Below are positions 12,467 through 23,702 of a DNA stretch of 64,000 nt, piece after piece; position 1 is the first letter of the stretch, and the number at the start of each line of letters is the position of its first letter. A program made the position numbers and the translations under genes. The notes under the pieces were generated by a model. The model was not told the origin of the DNA, did not search any database, and saw only the letters and a program-made list of their open reading frames with translations. Origin of the DNA: an uncultured Acidimicrobiia bacterium (lineage in GTDB: Bacteria > Acidobacteriota > Terriglobia > Versatilivoradales > Versatilivoraceae). The stretch spans positions 1,024,001 to 1,088,000 of the forward strand of contig CAWBAT010000005.1 in assembly GCA_963786955.1 (NCBI GenBank). The letters are read 5' to 3'.

Positions 12467-12979
12467 ATGGAAAATCTCTTGATCAGCCGTGATGACACTC
12501 ACACCTTGAGTGTATATGTGTCCAACAAGCCAGGCGTCTTGGCCCGAATCGCCCAGGTTTTCGCCCGGAGAGGTTACAACATCGACTCACTAGTGGTTTC
12601 GCCCTCGGTCGAAGGCAAATTCTCACGTATGACCATTACCGCCATAGGAAATCCCGAGGGCCTGGATCAAATCATTGCTCAGGTCAACAAACTCGTTGAT
12701 GTGATCCATTGTGTCGACCATACGGGCGAAAATGCCGTGGAGAGGGAACTGGCACTGATCAAGATCGGCTTGAATGCGGGCGAACGGGCTGAAGCCTTGC
12801 AGGTAGCCGAGCACTTCAAGTGCAAGACTGTAGATTTGACAGAAACTTCAGTAATTTTGATGGCCACTGGAGACACCGATAAAGTCGATGCCCTGGTGAA
12901 AATGATGGGAAATTACCGGATCATCGAACTCGTCCGGACCGGCAAAGTGGTGATGTCACGTGGAAATATTGAAACTTAA
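12467..12979 (+). CDS. ilvN: Acetolactate synthase small subunit
   Basis: ACT domain NKPGVLARIAQVFARRGYNIDSL, ERELALIK and ELVRTG; directly follows ilvB. Confidence 0.95.
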   Translation: MENLLISRDDTHTLSVYVSNKPGVLARIAQVFARRGYNIDSLVVSPSVEGKFSRMTITAIGNPEGLDQIIAQVNKLVDVIHCVDHTGENAVERELALIKIGLNAGERAEALQVAEHFKCKTVDLTETSVILMATGDTDKVDALVKMMGNYRIIELVRTGKVVMSRGNIET

Positions 12980-13082
12980 GGCCCGGTTTTATGGATCCCT
13001 TGAGGTGACCGAAACTCCAAGTATTTTCAGCCTCCTCAGAAATTAAGGGGAGGAGAAATTTGGAATCCGACCGATAATCCCC

Positions 13083-13127
13083 AATCCTCGGGTTGCAGGG
13101 CCTGGCTGAACCCTACAAACCGAGGTT
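13083..13127. repeat. Inverted repeat, GTAG REP-like hairpin
   Basis: AATCCTCGGGTTGCAGGG...CCCTACAAACCGAGGTT. The minus strand reads GTAGGG...CCCTGC inside longer arms. Confidence 0.5.
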
Positions 13128-13277
13128 GAGAGGCTGTATTTCCTCACTAAATTCGGTGAAAACCCTCCCGTGCTTCCTTCCTATTTTCGGGTTTCCTCTT
13201 CCTTTCCAATCAGGCTTGGTGGTAACATCTTTTCAAATCCACCAGAGTTCCATCCAATTCTAAAAGGAGAAAAGACG

Positions 13278-13799
13278 ATGACGATTTTCGGGAAGAGTCT
13301 TTCCGAGTATGTACGCTTTCAGAAGGCCATTCTCTGGTTTATCGCAATCGTGGGGTTGGGAAGACTTGCGCTTTCCATGGCAGGGATACCGAATGCCACC
13401 ACAAAGCTAGTCAGTATTTCCGTCGCTACCTTGTTGGGCTGGCTCTATGTATCGTACAAGGTGAACAAGAAGCAGTTCGGGGGTTATAAGCAATTGCTGC
13501 CGTTAATAGCCATTCAAACGCTTACGGCCAATATTCTCGTTAGCGCCGCAATTTCCCTGGCCATTTTTACAGGCAAAGGGAATATTTATACGGCTCCTGA
13601 ATACAGTGGTGGCGGGGACGGAAAAACGTGGGGGCACGCAGGAGCCCACTTATTCCTGGCTACGATAATTGCTTCCCTAGTCGGCTGGGGTCTTGGCTCG
13701 CTCGTGCTCTTCATCGCCCGGAAAGCCTCAGCCAAAAACCAAGGGACATCGTCTCAGAGCGAAAGCAAGAGCAGAGCAGCAGGAGCAGGCACAAAATAA
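13278..13799 (+). CDS. Hypothetical multi-pass membrane protein
   Basis: AAGGAG RBS before ATG 13278; about four hydrophobic segments. Confidence 0.75.
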   Translation: MTIFGKSLSEYVRFQKAILWFIAIVGLGRLALSMAGIPNATTKLVSISVATLLGWLYVSYKVNKKQFGGYKQLLPLIAIQTLTANILVSAAISLAIFTGKGNIYTAPEYSGGGDGKTWGHAGAHLFLATIIASLVGWGLGSLVLFIARKASAKNQGTSSQSESKSRAAGAGTK

Positions 13800-13880
13800 G
13801 CGGGATTAGAATACGCCTGAAGTTGGATCCTGTCCGATTCCGCTTCTGGCGTGTTTGGATTGTTACAGTGAACAAGAATT

Positions 13881-14070
13881 CTAGCTGATTCCCTCTGGCG
13901 GTGGTAGCTCACGGTCACCGCGCCCTCCGAAGTAAAGATAGAGGGTCGGTAGCACGATCAAGATGATCAGGGTTGCCGAAACTAGGCCTCCAATAATTAC
14001 CACCGCCAGCGGCTTCTGAACCTCCGATCCAATTCCTTTTGAAAATGCCATAGGAAGCAAACCCAGCATG
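13881..14070 (-). pseudogene. C-terminal remnant of CusA/CzcA heavy-metal RND pump
   Basis: LGLLPMAFSKGIGSEVQKPLAVVIIGGLVSATLIILIVLPTLY is the last two TM helices of HME-RND pumps; the rest of the gene is absent. Confidence 0.85.
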
Positions 14071-14138
14071 AATTGAGCTTCCCTCGTCAACCACTTACCT
14101 CAAAAGAAATAGTCACAAGCAGTCCCGAAAACCCCTAA

Positions 14139-15026
14139 GTACTGCTATTCGTAATTGCGGTGATATATCTTAAGATAGGCGCCGCGTGGGGTCACGCGGC
14201 CTACAAAGTTGATAGGGGTAGGAAGAGCCGATTCATTTCGGCCCCTCCCCCCTCCGAACCGGACAGGCGGATCTCCCGCATCCGGCTCTCCAGTTGGTGG
14301 TTTTACCTGAAACAGGATTGACCGACTTCCCCAAGACGGTGTCCAGAGTTCCGCTTGGTTCAGCAAAGTAAGTTGTTTTACTTCCATCCTCCGAGGAGGA
14401 TCGTCAACATGCGTAACTTCCAGAGCGACCGTTTCCTCTTCCTTGCAACCGAAGAGGCTTCTCCGACTCGCTTAGCCCAAGGGCACTCACGCCGGTTAGG
14501 TTTAGATCCCACTTTCCGTTACTCATCCACCTTCCTGCGTCCCTTCGCTCCATCCCCGTTACGAGACTTCGCCGCTACTATGGACGCTCTGACTCCTGTC
14601 AGCTCGGCTCTTCGGTCCTCTACCAGCAACATGAACACCGTCTCTGTTCGCCAACAGGTCTCCCTGATTCACGTGTCTGACCTTCCGATCCCTCCGTCTC
14701 CAACCACCCCCCAGGCCCTCGACGTCGATTTCGCACGCTACCCCTCATCGCATCGAGTTTCCCACTCTCGTGGGTCTAGGTTTCACCTTTGCCTAGCAGG
14801 CTCACCGACTCTGACAGGCCGAATCGAGTTTCTTATCGTACGGATGGATCGTTCACCTCCTGTTGCTCCCCACCCCGCCTCGCGGCGACGCAGTTACAGT
14901 TGGTTACAGGCCGGAGAGCGTATACCTGAAGAGGACTTCCACCTCTCCAATCAAACACGCTTTCAGGCGCACTAGGCCGGGTCACCGACCCGGCGTTAAC
15001 GTTACCGTATTTATGAAAAGCAGTAC
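14139..15026. mobile_element. MITE family A (127 bp without intron) carrying two GTAG REP-like hairpins, interrupted by a group II intron
   Basis: Imperfect ~27-bp terminal inverted repeats GTACTGCTATTCGTAATTGCGGTGAT / GTTACCGTATTTATGAAAAGCAGTAC. TAA on both flanks (14136-38, 15027-29). Related copies at 60732 and 63874. Confidence 0.8.
14212..14972 (-). mobile_element. Group II intron, ORF-less (internally deleted RT/maturase), 761 nt
   Basis: 5' end GTGCG; domain V GAGCCGGATGCGGGAGATCCGCCTGTCCGGTTC (AGC triad); domain VI ending CTACCCCTAT. Removing it restores the intact repeat seen at 63880-63915. Confidence 0.92.
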
Positions 15027-15182
15027 TAAGACCGGGATCTTGAGCCAAGAAAGAGCCCCTGGAAAATGACTCAAGGAATTCAGGTGAAGGGTCCCAGCGA
15101 AAGTTAACAATCAGGCAGCCAGGGGTATACTTCTCATCTTCCTTGGACTCTTGGCGTAAAACATACCGGCAATCTAGCCTGT

Positions 15183-15422
15183 CTATTCAATGGTCTTGTC
15201 AATGGTCTTGCCTGGATTTGAGGTCTTGGAAAGGCGAATCAGCGAATCGATAGCTCGTACTGCCTCATGGTGACTGGCATAGACGATTCCGAGTTCTTTA
15301 CTCGAAACAATTCTCGGCCCCTCGTAGAGTTCTTCGGAGACAATGAAACCGCCGTGCTTAGTCTGGATCTCAAATTTGATGCGATCATATCTTCGGGTCA
15401 AATGAGTATCTTGTACGTTCAT
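15183..15422 (-). CDS. Small hypothetical protein (79 aa)
   Basis: MNVQDTHLTRRY...; protein-like composition, no family recognised. Confidence 0.5.
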   Translation of the reverse strand: MNVQDTHLTRRYDRIKFEIQTKHGGFIVSEELYEGPRIVSSKELGIVYASHHEAVRAIDSLIRLSKTSNPGKTIDKTIE

Positions 15423-15671
15423 GGTCGCTTTTTTAACCTGAGTTGAAGATTCTCCTGAAGTGGCTCGAACCAGCCAGCGGATAGATAATAGAAAGAATAA
15501 AACTTGCCTACTCGCCCAGCAACTGCAAATTCGTTTTTGCAGGTCCACCTTGTCGCTGGTAAAAAGCTGTTTAGCGATTCCAATCGAGGCCCGGCATATA
15601 ATGAGTCCGAAACAATAACAGAAAAGGTCCTGATTTTGAGGAACTTTTCTGCTTTCTGAAATGAATAAAGA

Positions 15672-16315
15672 ATGTTGACCGAATTCGAGTCCTTGACTGG
15701 AAAGATGGCACCCTCTAATCCACTGAGCCCAGAAGTCGAATTGCTCCAGCGCATGCATAAGGGTGACGAGGACGCGTTTTTGGTCTTGTATCGGCGCTGG
15801 CAGGGGGGGATCTTTCGTTTTGCTCTACAAATGAGCGGAAGCGAATCGATCGCAGAAGATGTGACACAAGAAGTTTTTTTGACTTTGATGAGAGAGCCGG
15901 CTCGATTTGATCCAAATCGTGGGGCGCTCTCTTCTTACCTCTACGGTATTTCCAGGAACTTAGTCCTGCAAGCTTTGCATAAAGGACGCCTGCTCATCCC
16001 TTTAGAAGAAGAGGGGGACTTTCATGAAATCCTCGTCGACCCTACGACTTGCTTGACGATTTGACACGACAGGAAGGCATTGCAGCCGTTCGTCAAGCCG
16101 TGCTGGCGCTTCCGCCTCATTACCGGGAGGCTGTTGTGCTCTGTGATTTGGAGGAATTCAGCTACGAGGAGGCCGCAGAAGTCAGTGAGTGTGCGGTGGG
16201 AACGATCCGCTCTCGACTGAATCGAGCTCATAAATTACTGCTGGAGCGACTCAAGAAACTGAAAGGGGTCCACTCTGGCCCCACAGACCATCGAGTGGTA
16301 AGGAGTTTGGTATGA
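15672..16315 (+). CDS. ECF RNA polymerase sigma factor (frameshift near 16050)
   Basis: Region 2 AEDVTQEVFL; region 4 LPPHYREAVVLCDLEEFSYEEAAEV..CAVGTIRSRLNRA. Confidence 0.92.
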
Positions 16316-17177
16316 ATTGTCAGGAATTCGAAAGCCTTGTCCATGCTCTGGCTTCAGGTCGGCTTCTAAACGCGCCCCAGCAAGCACGGGCTCGCACGCA
16401 CGCTGAGAGTTGCTCTTTGTGCTTGACTCGATTCCAAAATGAACGCGTCTTGGCAACCGCACTCAGGGCAATCGCGGCAGAATCTCGAGAGAAGCAATCT
16501 CCCGTCAGGATCGAGAATGCGTTGATCGATGCATTTCGTGGAGCAAAAGATAGTGCCAGCCCGGAAGCAAAGCTTGCTGTTCCAGACCCACGGAAACCCT
16601 ACAAATGCGTTTTCCGGCACTCGAACAGGTCATGCAAATGGCCGGGCATGGACTTATCGCGGCGGCGGCTTCCGCTCTGTTGCTGGCTGGGGTCGGATTC
16701 ATGCACTGGCGAGACCGGTTTGCAGAACGGGCATCTTCTCAGACTTCAAGATTAAATGTCCTCCAGAGCCCGCCATCCTCCACTCCTTTGGGTCAAGTCT
16801 CCGTCGTTCCACAGCACTCTTACCCCCGCGTCGGCTGCCATTCCAAAGATCAAGAAGGGTAGCCACGCAGGAAAGGGTCACAATTCCAGCGTCCAGGAGA
16901 AATGTGAATCGCAAGCTGGATTCAACCTTCGGAAGAAGAAATCGGACCACGCGAAATAGATACGAGCTTTCTTCCCGTGATGGCAGCTAGTCCCTTGGAG
17001 CCAACAGAATCGGGGCATCTCATTCGCGTGAATCTGCCTCGTTCTACTATGGGAAGATTCGGGTTCCCAATCAGTGCCGAAAGAATTGAGGAACCCGTGA
17101 AAGCCGATGTCCTGATCGGAGAAGATGGGGTGGCAAGAGCCATCCGTTTCGTTTACACGACTGAGGCGCTGCCATAA
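16312..17177 (+). CDS. Putative zinc-binding anti-sigma factor, frameshifted
   Basis: Start overlaps the sigma stop. N-terminal C...HAESCSLC (HxxxCxxC), a TM segment, and C-terminal RVNLPRS...VKADVLIGEDGVARAIRFV. Confidence 0.8.
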
Positions 17178-17302
17178 CCCTGGCCGGTAGAGGGTTTGCG
17201 ACGTAAACTGACTACATCTACAGCCAAATGGTTTGAGTTTCTTCAATAGGAACAAAGCATTTTAATCATCGAAAATCTAATTCTAATAAGAAAGGAGATT
17301 TC

Positions 17303-18400
17303 ATGAAAAATTTGGTATTTAATATGGGGGTCATCGCTGTTTTCTTCTTTGCCTTGATTCCATCCGAGCGCGCATTGTCCCAACAGCGGACAAAAAATAA
17401 AGCACTCGCGCCCGAGGAAAGTGATGTTCTTGTCACAACTTCCGCGGTGGCGGTCCCACTTCCACCCCCGGGGGCCGAAGGAACAGTCGTGATCGGAGGC
17501 GGTATCGGTGCGGGAAGCCCAGGAGCAGGAATGATCCAGTTTGCCGTCAGCGACGTGGGCCTGGACATCGCTGCGAAACCTGTGAAGGGAGCGCCCTACT
17601 CTGCTGAGGCTACGACGGAAACCGTCCAAACCCTCAGTGACGGAAACCGGATTCAGCAAAAAAACAGTTCCATGGTTTATCGGGACAGTGAAGGAAGGAC
17701 CCGTCGCGAACACACCGTCGGCCCCATGATTCCCCTGGCTGGCGGAGACGAGCCCCCCCAATTGATTTTTATCAATGATCCGGTTGCCGCGAGTGAGCTA
17801 TATCCTCAATCCAAAAGACCACACGGCCAATAAAATGGTGCTCCCTTCGGCAATGAAACCTCCTACGCCTCTGGCTGGTGGCGGAAGTGGGACTCTCAAG
17901 GCTGGCAAAGGATGTGACCTTCGAAAAGAAAGTGATGCGCCCCGGGACCTGATGGGCCTTTTTTCTTCCAAAATTTCCGCACACAACTCGATGCAAAACC
18001 GGAAACAGAACCTCTCGGGAAACGCATCATTGAAGGAATAGAAACTGAGGGGTACTCGTTCAATTTTGACGATTCCGGCGGGGCAAATCGGGAATGATCA
18101 GCCCATCCAGATTGTCTCCGAACGCTGGTATTCACCAGAACTTGAGACTGTGATACTTTCAAAGCACTCGGATCCGCGTTTTGCGGAAACCACTATCGTT
18201 TGACCGGCATCAGTCGCAGCGAACCGTCCAAGTCTTTGTTCGAGATTCCAGCGGACTACACCGTCAACGAGGGCAGCCTGCCGTGCCCGCAATTGGATAT
18301 CGTAAGAGAATCGTCGCAGGGAACAATTGATCGCAACTCCCCTCACCTAAAGGCAAAACGTGAACAGGTGAACCTCGGCAGGTGTAGAGGTGCCAAGTAG
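17303..18400 (+). CDS. Secreted hypothetical protein, frameshifted
   Basis: Signal peptide; VKGAPYSAEATTETVQTLSDGNRI...YRDSEGRTRRE and a C-terminal EP..SLFEIPADY motif. Confidence 0.75.
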
Positions 18401-18508
18401 ACTGAGGATTGAATGCGAAGAAGACTGCATTCCCCCTCGTTCCTGTTCAATTCGGGCGGGGACAAGTTTCAATTTGGGGAAATTGATGGAAGCTAAACAT
18501 GAAGGATC

Positions 18509-19435
18509 CTATTTTCTTTTGATTGCTGTTGCTCTCGGCCTGCCCTTCTTCGGACCCTGAAGGGAATCATCGCTGAGATCCGGTTTACCGGCCTGTTCCC
18601 AAGCTGCCGTAATCATGGCAGCAACGGCTGTGATCGACGCATTCAACTGGTCCGCCAGGATTGAACCCGCCATCTCAAAAGAACGTGTCATAGTAAACTT
18701 CGTCATAGTCCCTTCGATTTGAGGCGGCTTTTTTGTCCGCTTTTAAAATGGGATCCGCCTGCAGGAAGCTTTTCAATAGCGAATCAAAAATAAAGTCTCG
18801 AGGATTTGAAATCGGAAATATTGGCGCAGGCTGGATATTCAATCGGTCCCGAAAACGAAGAAGGAGGTCTGATTCAAAACGAAAGTGCAGACCACTTTGC
18901 CCGGTCAATTGGCCATTATAATTGCTGATGGCGTGCAAGGGAACTTGGGCATCGCTCACGTAATGTGCAATCACCGCCGCAAAGAATTGAATTCGTCTCG
19001 GGAATAGTGATTCCGTTCTTCATGATATTGTCGGAATGCTCCGAGTAGCTGATCAAAAACCTGAGCAGTCTTCCATGGCAATAAACCTTCCTTTTCAATT
19101 TTCTCTCGACCGAACTTTTGCGTTGCCTTTTGGTAGTCCCGTGGCAATTCATCAAAAGGGTAGCTGCCATAAGCGTCCAAATCGAGAAAATGGCGAGTCG
19201 TCTCCTCCGTCAAATCCGGCCAACCGCCAAAGATCAGGGTCTATCGAATGCTCGACCACAAATGCCCGGTGCCTCTCGAAGAAGGGTCGTATCGGGTCAG
19301 GAAGAAGGGTGAGAGCCTCCCCGGTAATAAACCGATGTCCGTCATTCCCCCAAGCCCAGCAAGGGATTGCCCCCGAACTGCAGGAAGAAACAGAATGGAT
19401 GAAACCAGAAACAGTCTTGCTGAAGAGGGCAGCAT
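18509..19435 (-). CDS. S1/P1 nuclease / zinc phospholipase C-like protein, frameshifted
   Basis: Signal peptide then WGNDGH, PDLWR, HFLDLD, HYVSDAQVPLH, and LHFRFES. Confidence 0.75.
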
Positions 19436-19444
19436 TGGTATCTT

Positions 19445-21256
19445 CTATTGATTCACGTTGAGTGGGGACAGATAGAGCGGTGTATTTTCTCGCCTTAGCC
19501 GAGGACCGCAGCTCATTTCCCGCTCTCCGATTTGCTGGCGCCACATGGCATAATAGAGCCCTTTCAATTCCAGCAGTTCTCGTGCCTTCCAGACTCCACG
19601 ATTCTCCCTTTCTCCAGGACATAGATCCGTTCAGCATGGAGGACTGTCGATAACCGGTGGGCGATCAGGATGCTGATCATTTCTCGTTGCGTCGAGATCT
19701 CACGGATGGTTCACTGATCTCTTCCTCAGTTAGAGAGTCCAGAGAAGAGGTTGCTTCATCAAAGACGAGCAAATTCGGCTTTCGAAGCAGAGCTCGTGCA
19801 ATGGATAAGCGCTGTTTCTCACCGCCGGAGACTTTCACACCGCCTTCTCCGATAACCGTGTCCAGACCCTTGTCGGCTCTCGCTAGAAGGCTCTGGCAGG
19901 CGGCTTTCTCCAAAACCTCCAGGCACTCAGCGTCGGTGGCTTTAGGATTTACAAAGAGCAGGTTCTCCCGGATCGATCCGGAGAAGAGCTGGGTGTCCTG
20001 AGTGACGAAACCAATGCGATTTCGGAGGTGTTCCAGGTCTACTTCGCTCGACGCAATCGCCGTTGTAGAAGATTGTGCCCTCTTGTGGGATATAAAGACC
20101 GACTAGCAACTTAACGAGCGTGGATTTGCCGGCGCCCGAAGGTCCTACAAACGCAATCGTTTCTCCTCGCTCAACCGCAAACGAGATTTCCTCCAATGCC
20201 CGCTCTCGTAGCGGACCGGTGCTGAAAACTAACCCTCGAAAATTCTAACTGGCAGATGTCGGGTAGGATCACCGGATTTACCGGTTTTGGTTCCTTGGGG
20301 GTATGCATGATCTCTTCAAAATTGGCCAATGAGACCTCTGCCTCGCGGTAAGTATTAATGACACTCCCCAACTCCTGAAGGGGTCCAAAAATAAAAAAGC
20401 TATAAATCCATAACGCAAAAAACTCCCAACAGTTATTTGTCGCGCAAAGATCAAATACAGCATCATGAATAGAATGCTGTTCCTGAGAAAATTGACCGAG
20501 GTCCCCTGAATAAAGCTCAAGCTTCGAAGATATCGCACTTTCTTCAGTTCCAAGGCAAGAATCTTGGCCGTTGTGTTATTCAGACGTCGGATTTCCTGCT
20601 GCGCCAAGCCCAGGCTCTTGACTAATTCAATATTGCGCAATGATTCGGTCGTCGCTCCGGCTAGCGCAGTGGTCTCAGTCACAATCACTTTTTGGATTCT
20701 CTTGATCTTCTTGCTGAGGACTGAGCTGAGAATTCCAAGCAAAGGGACCGTCATAAAATAGACGGGAGCAATGGCCCAATGGACGCTCAAAGCGTACCCC
20801 ATGACAAAAACGACGCCGACCAGAGTTGTAAAAACAACATTGATCGCCACATTGATCAACTTCTCCACATCCGAGCGTACCTTTTGCAGTTTCCCGAGCG
20901 TTTCGCCGCTACGCTGATCTTCGAAAATACTATAGGGCAATTCCAGTGAATGCCTCAGCCCATCCGTATAGATTTGAGCGCCTAAGCGCTGGGTAATGAC
21001 ATTAATATAATAGTCCTGAAAATTTTTGGCTACCCGGGAGACAAAGGCAACCCCAATGGCTGCTGCCAGCAGGAGACTGACTCCCCGGAAAAATTCCATG
21101 GTCGTGTAATCCTGATAGCGGGTGGCATATTGGTCAATCAAGTGACGAAAAATCCAGGGATCAAGCAAGGAAAAAATCTGGTTGATGGCTGCGAGCACAA
21201 GAGCCAGCAACCACGAGTTTCCAATGACACTTCAAGTAGGAAAAAAGGAGTTTCAT
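19445..21256 (-). CDS. ABC transporter fused permease/ATPase (MsbA-like), frameshifted
   Basis: TM domain, Walker [10 protein letters not shown], signature SGGEKQR, Walker [10 protein letters not shown]. Confidence 0.9.
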
Positions 21257-21416
21257 GAGTCTGATGACAGTCGGTAGGGGTGTAAGAATTCTGATGATGC
21301 AAACAAATTTCTAGCCTAACTTATGCGGGCCGATTTGTCACTCGATGTGAGTGTCTTCAGCAGCCGATGGGGGTGGGCGGAGGTGACGAGGCTTCAGTGG
21401 CCTCGAATCCACAAAT

Positions 21417-22536
21417 CTAATCAGTTTTTCGGCGTGGAGCTTTTGAATGATAAGTCAGACATTCCGCTTCACGGAAGGGACAAATGGAGAGAATGGATTT
21501 AACATCCCAGCTCCCGTTGATTCGGGAAAGAATAAAGCCTTCCTTGGGTCCGAGTTCGGTGGTCGTGAGCACATCAATGGAAACGGTTAGAAACGGGATC
21601 GCGTCTGGCCGAATGACGGAATGATAAATTTGGCGGACAAGCATGGATTCTGCAGCGACCAGCAACGCTCCGGCTTCGGCGTGATTCGGATCCAACTCCA
21701 GAAAATTAGTCAAGAGATCTAAGGCTTCCGCAGCCTTTTCATGCTTGACATATTCCTTAGCCCGCTCTAAGAGGTCGTCCGTGGTCTCTAGATATTCCGG
21801 GAGTGGCGGCAGTGGGTGCACTAGCTTAGGAAGTTCATCAAGCACTTGGATAACTCCCTCGCAAAGCAGAGCTATAAAGCAAGGAATAGACATGAAATGG
21901 AGAAGCATGCATGTTGTAGCAGATCTCACCCACCGTCAATTGCTTCTTGATATACCAGAGGACTTTGGGGAGGTGGCTCCCAGCGGTCACGTCATGGAGA
22001 CTTTGCCCTGGGACAAGACCCAACACAATCCGATCAGAAGGAATCCGGGCCCGGTAACGTTGCCATTCATCTACCCGATAGATGCCTTCCATCACAACAC
22101 TGGTAGGTCTGATTTGAATCCGAATGAGGTCCTGGGGAAGCAGGGCATTGTCTTCAAAAGCGAAATCTGCCTGCTCCCATAAGAAAAGCTCGTAGATAAT
22201 TTCGAGGGCTCTCTCGCGCAGAAGTTCCATCATTTCGCCGTCATGGATAAGCCCCAGATGCACGAGTGCACGGCCCAGAGGGATCTTCAGCTGCCGGTGC
22301 TTCTCCATCCCTGCCTTAAGACCGGTCTCATCAATTTTTCCATAGTGCAAAAGGAATTGCCCGAAATACTCTTTGGGGTCATTCGAACTCGACCCCACGA
22401 TGATCCCTTTTTCAAAAAAGACCATCTTGGTGATGTTCTCGTGGCGCACCCTCAGGATCCCGCTCTTCTGGCTTATCTCCAGAAACTGTAACAGGTCGGC
22501 CACATTCATTGTCGCTAGACTGCCCACAATACTCAT
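21417..22536 (-). CDS. DUF4388 (PatA-N-like) domain protein with TPR-like region, frameshifted
   Basis: MSIVGSLATMNVADLLQFL...SGILRV...FFEKGII...ELFLWEQADFAFE pattern. Confidence 0.75.
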
Positions 22537-22752
22537 TAACGATCTCCCAGGAACTATCCCAAGAGGCAAATGCTAATGAAGGCTGCAATCGGAATGCCAC
22601 ACCCTTCCCGGCATATGCGCATAAAACAGCTCAACTAATTCCTCGGCCTTCATCCTAACTATTCGTCAAGTTGCTGTTAAATCTTGAGCTTATCTCTGGA
22701 TGAGTGCAATTGAATGAACTTCGAGCTTGTCCAAGGCGGGCGGCGCTTGAGC

Positions 22753-23257
22753 TCAAATTGTCGGTTCCGGCATGCCCCACAGAGACCATTCTTCGCGGGC
22801 TGGGCCATAGACTCCGGGAACTTTCAATCCGGCCTGGCGCATCAAGACGGTCATCTGGCCACGGTGATGAGTCTGGTGAGCAATCAAGGCAGTCAGAGTA
22901 AATCCCCGTTTCCACATATTCCCATACATTTCGTCGCTCTCTTCGAGGCTCTCATCGGTCCATTTAGATTTCATCTCCTCCATAAGGGACAATCCAGCTT
23001 CTTCGTAGGCCCGAAGGATATCTTTCATTGAAGAAGGAACATCCGAATTTTCCTCAGGGCCTTTAACAGAGAGGCCAGTCTTAGTGATCATTTCAGGAAT
23101 TGTCATAACAATATGCCAGGCGAGTCGCCCCAGTGTCCTACCACCCGGCTCGACGCTCTGAGGAAGACAACGATCCGGAATGTGCTTGAACACTTTCCTG
23201 GTTGAATCCAATCTCCTGCATCCAAACGGATTCAAAATCCTGTATTTTTCTGAACAT
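22753..23257 (-). CDS. DinB family protein (indel near 5' end)
   Basis: RTLGRLAWHI...LIAHQTHHRGQMTVLMRQAGLKVPGVYGP. Confidence 0.88.
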
Positions 23258-23390
23258 GGGTATTTTTCTCCTTTGGGATCACGAAAGTTCCTTTTCGCCC
23301 TTAACGAAGGTAAGGGGTCAAGATTTGACTGAACAAGATAAACGCAGGGGCCAAAGCTGACGTCAATGGAGGGTCGTGAACGTCGCGTGG

Positions 23391-23420
23391 GTAGGCCCCG
23401 TCACATTGCAGGGGCCATAC
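23391..23420 (+). repeat. GTAG REP-like hairpin
   Basis: GTAGGCCCC-N11-GGGGCCATAC. Confidence 0.4.
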
Positions 23421-23574
23421 TTGCAAGGTAGAGACACTGGATCTCTGGATTCAAACACAAGTGAAGTAGGTCTGGTCAGCTGGTCGTAAATCAACTGGTG
23501 ATTTCCCGCTAAAAGAGCGGCGCGGGCCAAGGACCTTCTGCGTGAAACTCAAAAAATGCTCAGGGGAAAAGTGT

Positions 23575-23606
23575 GCGGCCTGAATCCAGCGTAAAATTCA
23601 GGCCGC
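23575..23606 (-). terminator. Probable terminator hairpin downstream of DUF1501 genes
   Basis: GCGGCCTGAAT-N10-ATTCAGGCCGC, an 11-bp stem followed by a short T run on the minus strand. Confidence 0.5.
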
Positions 23607-23702
23607 TCGAGAGAGAAATGCGTTCATTGCTATAGACGCAATTCCTTACCAAAAAGACGAAGTAAAAATAAAAAAATTCCCTCGCTGCTCGCTTGCGTCA
23701 AA

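Noticed and set aside
14355-14975. 206-aa plus-strand ORF
   Set aside because: It is the antisense of the group II intron RNA, not a credible protein.
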